Shown here: one piece after another, positions 51,321-62,370 of the stretch
Position numbering within the stretch: the stretch's first letter is position 1
Layout of the letters: each line of letters opens with the position of its first letter
Source: an uncultured Acidobacteriota bacterium
GTDB taxonomy: Bacteria; Acidobacteriota; Thermoanaerobaculia; UBA5066
DNA: 64,000 nt
Assembly (NCBI GenBank): GCA_963836285.1
Contig: CAWIIN010000001.1
Span: 353,967-417,966 of the forward strand
Direction of reading: 5' to 3'
Notes under the pieces: model-generated
The model's input: only the letters and a program-made list of their open reading frames with translations
The model's database searches: none
What the model was told of the DNA's origin: nothing
Program-made: the position numbers and the translations under genes

Positions 51321-52043
51321 TCAGGCGTGCCCCGCCTCGACCACGCTTCCCACCGGCTCGCCCATCACGACGCGGCGGATGTTCCCGGGGACGAGCAGGT
51401 TGAAGACGCGGATCGGCATGCGATTGTCACGGCAGAGCGCCACCGACGTCGCGTCCATGACGGCGAGCCGCTTCTCGAGCACGTCCTGGTAGGTGACCCG
51501 TGGCAGGAACTCGGCCTTCGGGTCCTTCTGCGGGTCGTCCGAGTAGATCCCGTCGACGCGCGTCGCCTTGAGGATCGCCTCGGCACGGACCTCGTTCGCG
51601 CGGAGGGCCGCCGCCGAGTCCGTCGTGAAATACGGGTTGCCGGTCCCGCCCGCGAAGATGACGCAGCGCTTCTTCTCGAGGTGGCGGATCGCCCGCCGCC
51701 GGATGAACGGCTCGGCGACGGCGCGCACCTCGAAGGCCGTCATGACGCGCGTGTGGATCGTGCGCTTCTCCAGCGCGTCCTGGAGCGCGAGCGCGTTGAT
51801 GACGGTCGCGAGCATCCCCATGTTGTCGCCCGTGACGCGGTCGATGCCCTGCGTCGCGGCGGACACGCCGCGGATGATGTTGCCGCCGCCGATCACGATC
51901 GCGGTCTCGACCCCGAGGCGCGCGACCTCGGCGACCTCATCAGCGATCCGGGCGACGACGGCAGGCTCGATGCCGAAGGGCTGGCCGCCGAGGAGCGCCT
52001 CCCCGGAGAGCTTCAGCAGGACCCGGCGATAGCGGGGTTCCAC
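51321..52043 (-). CDS. pyrH: UMP kinase
   Basis: [11 protein letters not shown]...[11 protein letters not shown]. The GTG start at 52043 is chosen to avoid a 38-nt overlap with tsf. Confidence 0.9.
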   Translation of the reverse strand: MEPRYRRVLLKLSGEALLGGQPFGIEPAVVARIADEVAEVARLGVETAIVIGGGNIIRGVSAATQGIDRVTGDNMGMLATVINALALQDALEKRTIHTRVMTAFEVRAVAEPFIRRRAIRHLEKKRCVIFAGGTGNPYFTTDSAAALRANEVRAEAILKATRVDGIYSDDPQKDPKAEFLPRVTYQDVLEKRLAVMDATSVALCRDNRMPIRVFNLLVPGNIRRVVMGEPVGSVVEAGHA

Positions 52044-52047
52044 GGCG

Positions 52048-52965
52048 CTACTTCGTGAGGGCGGCCACTTCGGCGGCGAAGTCACCGCCCTTCTTCTCGA
52101 CGCCCTCGCCCACCTTGAAGCGGACGAAACGAATCACAGCCGCGTTCGTGCCGCCCTGCTCGGCGATGACCTGCGAGACCTTCTTCTCGGGCTCCATCGC
52201 GAAGGCCTGATCGAGCAGAACGACCTCGCCGTACCACTTCCCGATCATGCCCTCGACCATCTTGTCGGCGACGGCCTCGGGCTTGCCGGCGGCGACCGCC
52301 TTGGCGCGCGCGATCTCCCTCTCGTCGGCGAGCGCATTCGGCGAGACGGACTCGCGGTTCGTGAACTGCGGCGCGAGGGCGGCGACGTGCATCGCGAGAT
52401 GCCTGGCAAGGTCCTCCGGCATGCCCTTCGTCTCGATCGCGACGACGGTCTTGTCGCCCGGGTGGGCGTAGAGCGTGAGTTTGGCGCCAGCACCGGCGAC
52501 GAGCCGAGCGAAGCGGCGGACCTCGGTCTTCTCCCCGAGGTCGCCCACGAGGGCCTGGATGGACTCGGCGATCGTGGCGCCGGGGTGCGGCATTCTCTTC
52601 GGCGCCGGCATGGCCACGAGGGCCGCGACGTCGCCGTCGGCGGTGTCGCCCAGGGCGGCGTGGTCGAAGATGAACGACGTCAGCGCGTCCTTCATTCGCA
52701 GGAATTTCTCCGTCCTCGCGACGAAGTCGGTCTCACAGGCCACGTCGACGAGCACGGCCGTCCCGCCCTCGACTTTGTGGCCGATGAGGCCCTCGGCGGC
52801 GACGCGGCCGGCCTTCTTGGCGGCGGCTGCGAGGCCCTTCTTGCGGAGGATCTTCTCGGCCTCGTCGATGTTGCCGTTCGTCTCCTCGAGCGCGCTCTTG
52901 CAGTCGAGCATCCCGGCGCCCGTTTTGTCGCGAAGCATCTTGACCATCACTGCGGAAATCGCCAT
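52048..52965 (-). CDS. tsf: elongation factor Ts
   Basis: [28 protein letters not shown]... Confidence 0.93.
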   Translation of the reverse strand: MAISAVMVKMLRDKTGAGMLDCKSALEETNGNIDEAEKILRKKGLAAAAKKAGRVAAEGLIGHKVEGGTAVLVDVACETDFVARTEKFLRMKDALTSFIFDHAALGDTADGDVAALVAMPAPKRMPHPGATIAESIQALVGDLGEKTEVRRFARLVAGAGAKLTLYAHPGDKTVVAIETKGMPEDLARHLAMHVAALAPQFTNRESVSPNALADEREIARAKAVAAGKPEAVADKMVEGMIGKWYGEVVLLDQAFAMEPEKKVSQVIAEQGGTNAAVIRFVRFKVGEGVEKKGGDFAAEVAALTK

Positions 52966-53040
52966 GGGAACCTCTCTGACATCAAAAAGGCCGGCGGGGG
53001 ACCCCAGGTCTCCCGCCGGCCCGGATCACGTGGATCGGGA

Positions 53041-53844
53041 TCAGGCCTGGACGGGAACCGCGGGGCCCTCGGGCTTGGCCGCGCCCGCCTCGGTCACCTG
53101 GAAGTTCGTGGGCATGGGCTCGTCGTCGCCGTGGACGACCTTGCCGACGAAGCGCTCCTCCTGCGCGTGCAGGCCCTCGAGCACCGCGTCCGACACCTTG
53201 CCCGTGAAGAGCTTGATCGCCCGGATCGCGTCGTCGTTCCCGGGGATCACGAAGCTGATGTCGTCCGGGTCGCAGTTCGTATCGACGATCGCGACGACCG
53301 GAATCCCGAGCTTCTTGGCCTCCTGGACCGCGATCGCCTCCTTCTTGGGGTCGATCACGAAGAGGACGTCCGGGAGCTCCTCCATCTCCTTGATGCCGAC
53401 GAGGTTCTTCGCGAGCTTCGCCTTCTCGCGGTCGAGCTGGATGCGTTCCTTCTTCGTGAGGATCGCGTCGGAGCCGTCCGCGAGCATCGTCTCGATCTCC
53501 TTGAGGCGCGAGATCGACTTTCGGATCGTGACGAAGTTCGTGAGGGTGCCGCCGAGCCAGCGGTTGTTCACGTAGAACATGCCGCAGCGGTTCGCCTCCT
53601 CGTAGATCGCGTCCTGCGCCTGGCGCTTGGTCCCCACGAACAGGATGTTCTTGCCCTGCGACGCGACGTCCGTGATGAAGGCGGCAGCCTCGCGGAAGCA
53701 CTTCAGGGTCTTCTGGAGGTCGATGATGTAGATCCCGTTGCGCTTGCCGAAGATGTACTTCTTCATCTTCGGATTCCACCGCTTCGTCTGGTGACCGAAG
53801 TGGACGCCCGCCTCGAGCAGCTCCTTCATCGTGATCTGGCTCAT
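53041..53844 (-). CDS. rpsB: 30S ribosomal protein S2
   Basis: Full-length match. Confidence 0.95.
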   Translation of the reverse strand: MSQITMKELLEAGVHFGHQTKRWNPKMKKYIFGKRNGIYIIDLQKTLKCFREAAAFITDVASQGKNILFVGTKRQAQDAIYEEANRCGMFYVNNRWLGGTLTNFVTIRKSISRLKEIETMLADGSDAILTKKERIQLDREKAKLAKNLVGIKEMEELPDVLFVIDPKKEAIAVQEAKKLGIPVVAIVDTNCDPDDISFVIPGNDDAIRAIKLFTGKVSDAVLEGLHAQEERFVGKVVHGDDEPMPTNFQVTEAGAAKPEGPAVPVQA

Positions 53845-53854
53845 TCGTCCCCCA

Positions 53855-54247
53855 TTACCTCTTCGAGAACTGGAACCGGGCGCGGGCGCCGCGCTGACCG
53901 TATTTCTTACGCTCCTTCATGCGCGAATCGCGCGTGAGGAGTCCGGCCTTCTTGAGAGCCCCGCGAAGCTCGACGTTGAACAGACAGAGCGCTCGGGCGA
54001 TTCCGTGGCGGATCGCCCCGGCCTGACCCGCGCTCCCGCCGCCCTCGACGAGAGCGACGACGTCGAACTTGTCGACCATCTCGGTGAGCTGCAGCGGCTG
54101 GCGGATGACCATCTTGAGCACGTCGTTCGGAAAGTAGTCCTCGAAGGTGCGGTCGTTCACCTGGACGGCGCCCTTGCCGGGACGGAGGAACACGCGGGCG
54201 ACGGATTCCTTGCGGCGTCCGACGGCCTGATACTGGAGGTTCGTCAC
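53855..54247 (-). CDS. rpsI: 30S ribosomal protein S9
   Basis: ...[19 protein letters not shown]...[19 protein letters not shown] start. Confidence 0.9.
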   Translation of the reverse strand: MTNLQYQAVGRRKESVARVFLRPGKGAVQVNDRTFEDYFPNDVLKMVIRQPLQLTEMVDKFDVVALVEGGGSAGQAGAIRHGIARALCLFNVELRGALKKAGLLTRDSRMKERKKYGQRGARARFQFSKR

Positions 54248-54273
54248 GGGAAGCGTCTCTCCTTCGTTCCGGT

Positions 54274-54708
54274 TCAGACCGCGACGGCCGCGGGGGCCTG
54301 GGCGGTGTGCGGATGGTGCGGGCCCGCGTAGACCTTGAGCTTCTTGAACATCTTCCGCCCGAGTTTCGTCTTCGGGAGCATGCCCTTGACGGCCTCCTCG
54401 ATGACACGCTCGGGACGCGTCGACCGGAGCTTCTCGAACTCGACGGTCTTCATGCCGCCCGGGAAACCCGTGTGGCGGCGGTAGACCTTCGCCTGGGCCT
54501 TGGCGCGGGTCAGCGCGATCTTTTCGGCGTTCACGACGACGACGAAGTCGCCCGTGTCGAGGAACGGCGTGTAGACGGCCTTCGTCTTGCCCGTGAGGTG
54601 GCGCGCGACGAGCGTCGCGAGACGACCGAGGACCTTCCCGTCGGCGTCGACGACGATCCAGCGGCGGGTGTGGTCGGAAATTTTCGGGAGCGGCGTACGG
54701 GTGCTCAC
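54274..54708 (-). CDS. rplM: 50S ribosomal protein L13
   Basis: [19 protein letters not shown]... GTG start at 54708. It is followed upstream by a 220-nt leader/divergent promoter region. Confidence 0.9.
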   Translation of the reverse strand: MSTRTPLPKISDHTRRWIVVDADGKVLGRLATLVARHLTGKTKAVYTPFLDTGDFVVVVNAEKIALTRAKAQAKVYRRHTGFPGGMKTVEFEKLRSTRPERVIEEAVKGMLPKTKLGRKMFKKLKVYAGPHHPHTAQAPAAVAV

Positions 54709-54927
54709 GGGAACGGTCGACTCCGGCCTGCGCGGTTGGGGGGTCGTGAAACCCCGTTGGAGGATGCGGGGTCTCTTTCGCGATGCGGATCCGGGAAGCA
54801 TCGAAAGACCGGGGCCCCGACGGCACACGACTCGCGGGGCTCGGACAGGGACCCGAAACCCGCGGGGCAGTGGAAAATACCCCCCCGCCATGTCCCTGTC
54901 AAGTAACTCTCGGTCACAATAGGGCTC

Positions 54928-55841
<914 letters not shown>

Positions 55842-55845
<4 letters not shown>

Positions 55846-56495
55846 TCCTCAAGGTCGGACTCACGGGCGGTCTCGCGTCGGGCAAGAGCACGATCGCCGC
55901 GGGTCTCGTGAGACGCGGGATCCCCGTGCGCGACGCGGACCGGATCGTCCACGAGCTCTACGCGCCGGGCGCCGCGGGCGCGCGCGCGATCGCCGCGGCG
56001 TTCGGGCCGGACTTCCTCTCCGCGGACGGGTCCGTCGACCGGCGCAAGCTCTCCCTGCGCGCGTTCCACGACAAGGAAGCGCTCGCGAAGCTGAATGGGC
56101 TCATCCACCCGCTCGTTCGCGAGGAGCAGGCGCGGTGGTTCGAGGCCCTCGCCCGGAAGGGCGAGCCCCTCGGGGTCATCGAGGCCACGCTCCTCGTCGA
56201 GACCGGCGGCCGCGAGCGCTTCGACGTTCTCGTCGCCGTGTCGGCCCCGGCGGACACGAGGCTGCAGCGCGCGATCAAGCGCAGCGGCGAGACCGACCCG
56301 AACGAGTTCATTCAGCGGATGTCGGCGCAATTCTCCGACGCGGCGCGCGAGGAGGTCTCCGACATCGTGATCCGCACGGACGGCACCCGGGAGGAGCTCG
56401 AGGACAAGATCGACCGCCTCGCCGAGGACCTCCGCGCCCGCGCCGCGGACGCCGGCGCCGGCGGCCGCAGCGGCTTCTTCACCCGGCCGGGGTGA
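55842..56495 (+). CDS. coaE: dephospho-CoA kinase
   Basis: [13 protein letters not shown]-loop; ATGA overlap with the folD stop. Confidence 0.9.
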
Positions 56496-56560
56496 GAACG
56501 AGAGAAAAGGAAATAGAGAGAGGAAAAGACAAAGAGAAGAGGAAGGTTTCTTAGACGGTG
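56495..56560 (+). repeat. dispersed repeat F copy with a 45-nt polypurine tract (GAGAACGAGAGAAAAGGAAATAGAGAGAGGAAAAGACAAAGAGAAGAGGAAGGTTTCTTAGACGGTG) starting at the coaE stop
   Basis: It is paired with 56620–56653. Confidence 0.65.
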
Positions 56561-56619
56561 TGTGTGCGCACGACGCTCGATGGAGGCCGGGGCGCTACCC
56601 GCCGCTCCCGCCTCACTCA

Positions 56620-56653
56620 CGCTTCTAAGAGGTCCGAACGTGCTCTTCGAGAG
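56620..56653 (-). repeat. dispersed repeat, inverted copy (CGCTTCTAAGAGGTCCGAACGTGCTCTTCGAGAG) abutting the rdgB stop
   Basis: CTTCTAAGA core plus the GTGCTCTTCG tail shared with 9521 and 63941. Confidence 0.6.
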
Positions 56654-57223
56654 TCACCCGGCGACCAGCCGCCGCAATTCCTGAAACGCCCGCGCCCGGT
56701 GGGAAGCAAGATTCTTCTCTTCCTCTCCCATCTCCGCGAACGTCCGCGTCTCGCCCTCCGGGATGAAAAGCACGTCCCACCCGAAGCCGTTCTCGCCGCG
56801 GGGGTGAAGGGCGATCGAGCCCTTCACGCGCCCTTCCGCGAGGATCACGTCCTTCTCGCTCTGGCCCGGGCGCGCGAGGGCGAGGACCGAGACCGCCTCG
56901 GCGCCGCGGTCGGAGAACCCGTCGAGCATCTTCGCGAGGCCTTCCTGCCCGAGGACGCCCATCGTGATCCACTTCGTGAGCGGCCCCGGGAAGCCGCCCC
57001 AGCCCGCGACGGCGAGACCCGAGTCCTCGACGAGGACGGGAACGCCGAGCGCGCGGGCCGCGATGATCGCCTTCGCGCGCGCGACCTCGCGGAAGTCGAG
57101 CGACTGGATCTCGGAAAGGTCGAGGGCGTGCGCGGCGACGTCGCGTCCGAGAAACGCCGACGCCTCGCGGGCCTTCCCGGGGTTCGACGTCACAAGAACG
57201 AGGCCGGAGAGCGGGTCGGTCAC
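56654..57223 (-). CDS. rdgB: non-canonical purine NTP pyrophosphatase (RdgB/HAM1 family)
   Basis: VLVTSNPGKAREA...FGWDVLFIP. The GTG start overlaps the upstream stop as GTGA. Confidence 0.88.
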   Translation of the reverse strand: MTDPLSGLVLVTSNPGKAREASAFLGRDVAAHALDLSEIQSLDFREVARAKAIIAARALGVPVLVEDSGLAVAGWGGFPGPLTKWITMGVLGQEGLAKMLDGFSDRGAEAVSVLALARPGQSEKDVILAEGRVKGSIALHPRGENGFGWDVLFIPEGETRTFAEMGEEEKNLASHRARAFQELRRLVAG

Positions 57224-58848
57224 GCGCGGGACACGGGACGGCCCGCGGCATCCATAAGGAGGCGGAACGCCGTCATCCCCTTCGAAAGCCCCTTGAGCTT
57301 CTGCTCGCCGAGCGGCTCGAAGGCATAACCCGCCGCCTGACGGGCCGTCTCCCCGCCCACGACGATCTCGTTCGGGCCCGCCACGGCGGACTCGAGACGC
57401 GCCGCGACGTTCACGGCGTTGCCGAGGACCGTGTAGTCGACACGCCGGTCCGACCCGATGTCCCCGACGAACGCCCGCCCCGTGTTCACGCCGATGCGGA
57501 CGGCGACCGGACGCTCCCCGCGCTCGATCCGGTGGGCGTTCCACGCATGCAGGCTCTCGATGAGCTTCGCGGCGGCCGCGACGGCGCGGCGCGCGTGGTC
57601 CGGCTGCGGGATCGGGGCCCCGAAGAACGCCATGACCGCGTCACCGATGAACTTGTCGAGCGTCCCCCCCTGCTCGAAGATCGCGTCCGCGGCGAACGTG
57701 AAGACGCGTTCGAGAAACCGCGACACCTCCTCGGGGTCCATCGTCTCGGCGGAGGACGTGAATCCGACGATGTCCGCGAAGAAGACGGTGACTTCCCGCG
57801 TCCTCACGCTCTCGACGCCCTGCGGCTTTCCCGTCACGATCTCGTCGACGACGCCCGGAGAGTGATAGCGCGAGAGGCGCTCGCGGATGCGCTCCTCGCG
57901 CTCGATGCGGCCCTGGAGCCGCGCACGCTCGATCGCGACGGCCGCGAAGTTGCCGAGCGCCGTCAGGAGGTCCAGGTCGTCGGCCGTGAACGTGCCCGTC
58001 TTCAGGGGCGTGTCGACGTGGAGCGCTCCGATCACGCGGTCGCGGTCCCAGAGCGGCACGCACATCGCGGAACGGATCTGCTGGATCCGGATCGACTGCC
58101 CGGCCTCGAAGCGGTCGTCCGAGAGCGCGTCGGAGGTCAGGACGGCGACCCGGTCGCGGACGACGGAGTCCACGATCGTGTGGGAGAACGAGGCCTCCGG
58201 GTCCGCACCCTCTTTCCCGCGCCGCCGCGCGAGCGTCGGGGTCGGGGTGCCGTCGTCCTCGAGGAGCACGACGACGGCGCGCTCGGCCGGCAGGAAGTCG
58301 AAGAGAAGGTCCACGACCTTCGAGAGGATCTGCCCGACCTCGCGCGCCTCGATGAGCGTCCGCGCGACGAGGACCATCGCCTCGAACACCTTCTCGCGCG
58401 TCGCGGGGCGCCGGCCCGCCATCGTGCCCGCGAGGTCCTCCCGCGCCGGAACGGGCGCCGGGGCGTCGAAGCCGAAGTCGCGGTTGAAATCGGCGATCGA
58501 CCGGACGAACGTCGCGCTCGAGTCGCTGATCGAGACGGTGGACTTGCCCCGGTACGTCGGCTGCTCGCGCACCGTGAGAGTGAACGTCCCGATCGAGAGG
58601 ACGTCGCCCGGGCGCACGGGAGCCTTCGGGACGAACTCGCCGTTCACCTTGAGCCCGTTCGTCGACTTGAGGTCCTCGATCGTCCACGTCCCGTCGCGTT
58701 CGGACAGCAGCGCGTGCTTGCGGGAGACCGAGAAGTCGTTCAGGACGATCCCGTTCTCGCTCGAACGGCCGACCGACACGTCCTCGCCGGAAAGAAGGTA
58801 CCGGCGGGTCTGGCCTTCGACCTCGTAGACGAGCTCCATGAGCGGCAT
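57220..58848 (-). CDS. FHA domain – GAF domain – class III adenylate/guanylate cyclase signalling protein
   Basis: N-terminal FHA (VSVGRSSENGIVLNDFSVSRKHALL...TNGLKVNG), central GAF, C-terminal CHD cyclase (VTVFFADIVGFT...FIGDAVMAFFGAP...GVNTG). Confidence 0.85.
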   Translation of the reverse strand: MPLMELVYEVEGQTRRYLLSGEDVSVGRSSENGIVLNDFSVSRKHALLSERDGTWTIEDLKSTNGLKVNGEFVPKAPVRPGDVLSIGTFTLTVREQPTYRGKSTVSISDSSATFVRSIADFNRDFGFDAPAPVPAREDLAGTMAGRRPATREKVFEAMVLVARTLIEAREVGQILSKVVDLLFDFLPAERAVVVLLEDDGTPTPTLARRRGKEGADPEASFSHTIVDSVVRDRVAVLTSDALSDDRFEAGQSIRIQQIRSAMCVPLWDRDRVIGALHVDTPLKTGTFTADDLDLLTALGNFAAVAIERARLQGRIEREERIRERLSRYHSPGVVDEIVTGKPQGVESVRTREVTVFFADIVGFTSSAETMDPEEVSRFLERVFTFAADAIFEQGGTLDKFIGDAVMAFFGAPIPQPDHARRAVAAAAKLIESLHAWNAHRIERGERPVAVRIGVNTGRAFVGDIGSDRRVDYTVLGNAVNVAARLESAVAGPNEIVVGGETARQAAGYAFEPLGEQKLKGLSKGMTAFRLLMDAAGRPVSRA

Positions 58849-58875
58849 GAGAGGGGCGCGATTATAGGTGCGCGC

Positions 58876-59910
58876 TCAGTCCGGAGGCGGCTCGCGCGAG
58901 GCCTGCGGCGCGAACCTGACGCGGATCACCTTCCAGACGGCGACGGGCTGTCCGTTCACGCGCGCCGGCCGGTAGGTCCACTTCTTCACGGCGTCGACGG
59001 CGGCCTCCGTCATCCCGAAAGACGCCGGGGAGACGGTCTCGACGCGGCCGATCGAGCCGTTCGCCTCGACGACGACGCGCAGGACGACGTCTCCTCCGAC
59101 CCGGAGCCGCCGGGCCGCCTCCGGATACTGCGGATCCACGCGCGTCACGAGCACGGGTAGCTCGGCTCCCTCCGGAAGCGCGGTGAAGGGCGCGGACGGC
59201 GGAGCGCCGGGGACCGGACTGGGCGGAGCCGCGAATCCCGCCGCGGGGATCTCGCCGGGCGGCCCTGGTGTCGGGCGCGCCATCGGCTGCGTCTCGCGGT
59301 CGGGCACGCCGAGGGACTGGATCTCGGGCGCGACGCCTTTTCCCGGCGGCGCTCCCGACGCCGGCCCGACCGCGGACGGCAGGAGCCGGATGGCGCGGGC
59401 CGGAACGAACGCGAGCACGTTCCCCGCGAGCCGCACGCCGAAGAAATCGTGATCCGCGAGGATCACCGCGACGTCGTCGCCGTCCTCGAGCGTCCCCCAC
59501 CGGGCGGCGCCGTAGTCCGGCGCGAGGAGGATCGGACAGGGCTCGACGGCGCGGCCGCGCTGGGCCGCGAAGTCCTTGACGGACTCGGCGCGCTTCTCCC
59601 TCGCCTCGCGATCGCCGAGGCGCTCGACGCTGCCGAAGGTCACCCACACGTCGCCGGCGGGTGCCGTCACGCGCACGGAATCTCCCTTCGTCTCGTGGAT
59701 CGTGACGGGCGTCCCGCGCGTGAGCGTGGCCGTCACGGCCGAGGTCGACGAGGAATCCGCGCGTCCGGAGACGCGCTCGAGTGTGACGACCCCGCGGTCG
59801 TCCGGCGCGCCGCCGGCGGCTCCGGGCCGGCGGGCCTTCCGGCACGCGGGCGCGAGGGCGACGAGGAGTCCCAGCGCGGCGGCCGCGAGGAGCCGGGGTC
59901 GAATCGTCAG
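58876..59910 (-). CDS. TonB C-terminal-domain protein with an N-terminal signal/anchor and a Pro-rich linker (start codon uncertain)
   Basis: C-terminus VDPQYPEAARRLRVGGDVVLRVVVEANGSIGRVETVSP...AAVDAVKKWTYRPARVNGQPV. No ATG/GTG/TTG is in frame after the argF stop. The ORF-table N-terminus overlaps argF and is not credible. Confidence 0.6.
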   Translation of the reverse strand: MTIRPRLLAAAALGLLVALAPACRKARRPGAAGGAPDDRGVVTLERVSGRADSSSTSAVTATLTRGTPVTIHETKGDSVRVTAPAGDVWVTFGSVERLGDREAREKRAESVKDFAAQRGRAVEPCPILLAPDYGAARWGTLEDGDDVAVILADHDFFGVRLAGNVLAFVPARAIRLLPSAVGPASGAPPGKGVAPEIQSLGVPDRETQPMARPTPGPPGEIPAAGFAAPPSPVPGAPPSAPFTALPEGAELPVLVTRVDPQYPEAARRLRVGGDVVLRVVVEANGSIGRVETVSPASFGMTEAAVDAVKKWTYRPARVNGQPVAVWKVIRVRFAPQASREPPPD

Positions 59911-60830
59911 GGCGCGCCCATCAGGGTGACGAGGATCGCCTTCTGGACGTGCAGGCGGTTCTCGGCCTCGTCGAATATCACCGAGCGGGGGCCGTCGCAG
60001 ACTTCCGCCGCGACCTCCTCGCCCCGGTGCGCGGGCAGGCAGTGCATGAAGACGGCGTCCTTGTGCGCGAGGGCCATGAGGGCGTTCGAGACGGTCCAGC
60101 CCGCGAAGTCCTTCGCGCGGCGGGCCTGCTCGGCCTCCTGACCCATCGAGGCCCAGACGTCCGTGTAGACGACGTGCGCGCCCGCGACGGCGTCCTCCTT
60201 CACGTTCGTGACGAGCATCTTCGTCCCGGCCGCCGCCGCGTCGGCCCTCGCGGTCCGGATGATGCCCTCGTCCGGCTCGTAGCCCTTCGGGGTCGCGACG
60301 GCGACGTCCACGCCGCACTTCGGCCCGCCGTACATGAGCGAGTGGGCAATGTTGTTGCCGTCTCCGACGTATGCGAGCTTGAGGCCCTTCAGGCTCCCGA
60401 ACTTCTCGGACATCGTGAAGTAGTCGGTCAGCGCCTGGCAGGGGTGGAGGAGGTCCGTCAGCCCGTTCACGACCGGGATCGTCGCGTGTGCCGAGAGGTC
60501 GAGCACCGTCTGGTGCGCGAACGTGCGCGCCATGATGCCGTTCACGTACCGCGAGAGGACGCGCGCCGTGTCGGAGACGGGCTCGCCTCGCCCGAGCTGG
60601 ATGTCCCGCGACGAGAGGAACTGGGCCGCGCCTCCGAGCTGCGTCATCCCCGCCTCGAACGAGACGCGCGTCCGCGTCGAGGACTTCTCGAAGATCATCG
60701 CGAGGATCTTCCCGGAGAGGGCGGAACGATAGTCATTCCGGCGGGCCTTGATCTTCGCGGCAAGGTCCAGAACCGCCCGAACCTCCGCGGCGGTCAGTTC
60801 GTGAATCGAAATCAGGTCTCTTTTCGTCAT
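59907..60830 (-). CDS. argF: ornithine carbamoyltransferase (probably catabolic, ADI-pathway partner of arcA)
   Basis: STRTR and HCLP motifs. It is adjacent to arginine deiminase. Confidence 0.9.
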   Translation of the reverse strand: MTKRDLISIHELTAAEVRAVLDLAAKIKARRNDYRSALSGKILAMIFEKSSTRTRVSFEAGMTQLGGAAQFLSSRDIQLGRGEPVSDTARVLSRYVNGIMARTFAHQTVLDLSAHATIPVVNGLTDLLHPCQALTDYFTMSEKFGSLKGLKLAYVGDGNNIAHSLMYGGPKCGVDVAVATPKGYEPDEGIIRTARADAAAAGTKMLVTNVKEDAVAGAHVVYTDVWASMGQEAEQARRAKDFAGWTVSNALMALAHKDAVFMHCLPAHRGEEVAAEVCDGPRSVIFDEAENRLHVQKAILVTLMGAP

Positions 60831-60863
60831 CGAAGGTCTCTCGCTTTCATCGGATTCGCATTC

Positions 60864-62147
60864 TCACACCGGATCGCGCGCGAGCGGCATCGTCATGCAG
60901 CGCGGCCCGCCGCGGGCGCGGGAGAGCTCCGGGGCCGACATGAGGATCGCCTGCTTGACCGGTTTCTTGCGCTCGAGCGTCTCGCGCCCGAGCAGGAGGT
61001 CGTCGTCGGAGAGGATGCGGTAGCCGTGCCGCGCGAGCTCGTCGGCGGTCCGGGTGTTGCGGTCGTAACCGAGCACGAGGCCGGGCGCGAGGGCGAAGAG
61101 GTTCGCGCCGTCCGTCCACTGCTCGCGCTGCTGGTCGATGGGGTCGGAGCCGCCGCACAGGACGGGCTCGAGGTCGACGCCGTGGACGCGCAGGGCGGAC
61201 AGGAGGTCGTCCTTCGTCGTCCAGGAGACTTCGCGGCCGGTGAGGTCCGCCTCGTAGACGTCGACCTCCTCGGCGCCGCCCGACAGGATCATCGGGCCGT
61301 GGCAGAGGCACTCGCTCTCGGAGAGGCGCGTGAAGATCGTGTCGAGGTGCATCGTCGCGCGCTGCGGCGGGATCGCCACGACGAGAATGCGCCTCACGGC
61401 GGACCCACCCTTGCGGAGAGCCTCGGCGAGGCGCTCGATCGTGATCTTCTCGGTTCGCTCCGAATAGCCGATGACGAGCGTCTCGGCCGACAGGACGAGA
61501 ACGTCTCCTCCCTCGAGCGTCGGGCGCATGCGCGCGAGGGAGAGGCTCCTCTCCTCGGCCGCGAACTCCTGGAACCAGAACGTGTCGCTCCGTCGGCCGA
61601 AGCGCGGGTGGAACGCGAAAATCGCGCCCGAGAGAAGAGGCTCGCGCCAGCGCGCGCGCGTCGCCATCGCGCTCCGGATCACACGGTCGCCGAGAACGAC
61701 CGCCGGGTCGCGCTGGAAGAACCAGTTCGGGAGCGGAGGCAGGAGGTACAGGGAGTCGAGGGAGTCGGAGATCTCCGGCCGGGGCGTCTCCACTCCCTCC
61801 ACGAGACCCGCGGCGAGCCGGTCGGCCGGGAGGTCGTTCAGGGCGACGAGGACGGCGGGCGGCCACGAGAGGAGGCCCGCCAGCTCTGTGAGGACGGCAT
61901 TGCGGGCATGAGCGTCCTGGAGGACCTCCTCGAGCAGGTCGCGGGCCTCGAGGACCTCGTCCGCGACGAACTTCAGGACCTGCCGGAATCGCCGGTGCTC
62001 TTCCCGGGCCCGCGCGCCGAACAGGATGTCGTCGAAGAGCAGGTCCTGCATCATCGACGGCACCATCCGGTCGATCTCGCGCCCGGGCTCGTGCACGAGG
62101 ACGGTTCTCAGCCGGCCGATTTCGGAGTCGATGCGCAAAGTCGTCAT
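60864..62147 (-). CDS. arcA: arginine deiminase
   Basis: Full-length ADI similarity, including the C-terminal catalytic Cys context (CMTMPLARD). Confidence 0.88.
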   Translation of the reverse strand: MTTLRIDSEIGRLRTVLVHEPGREIDRMVPSMMQDLLFDDILFGARAREEHRRFRQVLKFVADEVLEARDLLEEVLQDAHARNAVLTELAGLLSWPPAVLVALNDLPADRLAAGLVEGVETPRPEISDSLDSLYLLPPLPNWFFQRDPAVVLGDRVIRSAMATRARWREPLLSGAIFAFHPRFGRRSDTFWFQEFAAEERSLSLARMRPTLEGGDVLVLSAETLVIGYSERTEKITIERLAEALRKGGSAVRRILVVAIPPQRATMHLDTIFTRLSESECLCHGPMILSGGAEEVDVYEADLTGREVSWTTKDDLLSALRVHGVDLEPVLCGGSDPIDQQREQWTDGANLFALAPGLVLGYDRNTRTADELARHGYRILSDDDLLLGRETLERKKPVKQAILMSAPELSRARGGPRCMTMPLARDPV

Positions 62148-62205
62148 GATGGCGCGGCCCGGGTCCGCCCGGAGATGCTAACCTGAGGGACGCCGGAGAA
62201 AGCGC

Positions 62206-62370
62206 ATGGATGAGGTCGCCTTCGTCGTCTGCCTGAACTGCGACACCCCCTGCTACTCGTTCGAATACGAAGAGAAGAGCGGCATCCGGAGCGCGTTCTG
62301 CGCCGTCTGCGGGAACGACGAGGTCAAGGAATTCCGGATCCCCACCGACGACGAGGTCGAGGACGAATGA
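62206..62370 (+). CDS. small zinc-ribbon protein (54 aa, CxxC…CxxC), translationally coupled to purB; not in the ORF table
   Basis: Manual translation gives MDEVAFVVCLNCDTPCYSFEYEEKSGIRSAFCAVCGNDEVKEFRIPTDDEVEDE. High GC3. The stop overlaps the purB ATG as ATGA. Confidence 0.6.
   Translation: MDEVAFVVCLNCDTPCYSFEYEEKSGIRSAFCAVCGNDEVKEFRIPTDDEVEDE

Noticed and set aside
58862-59845. 327-aa Arg-rich ORF overlapping the TonB-C gene
   Set aside because: It is an alternative frame of the TonB-C protein gene with no domain signal.
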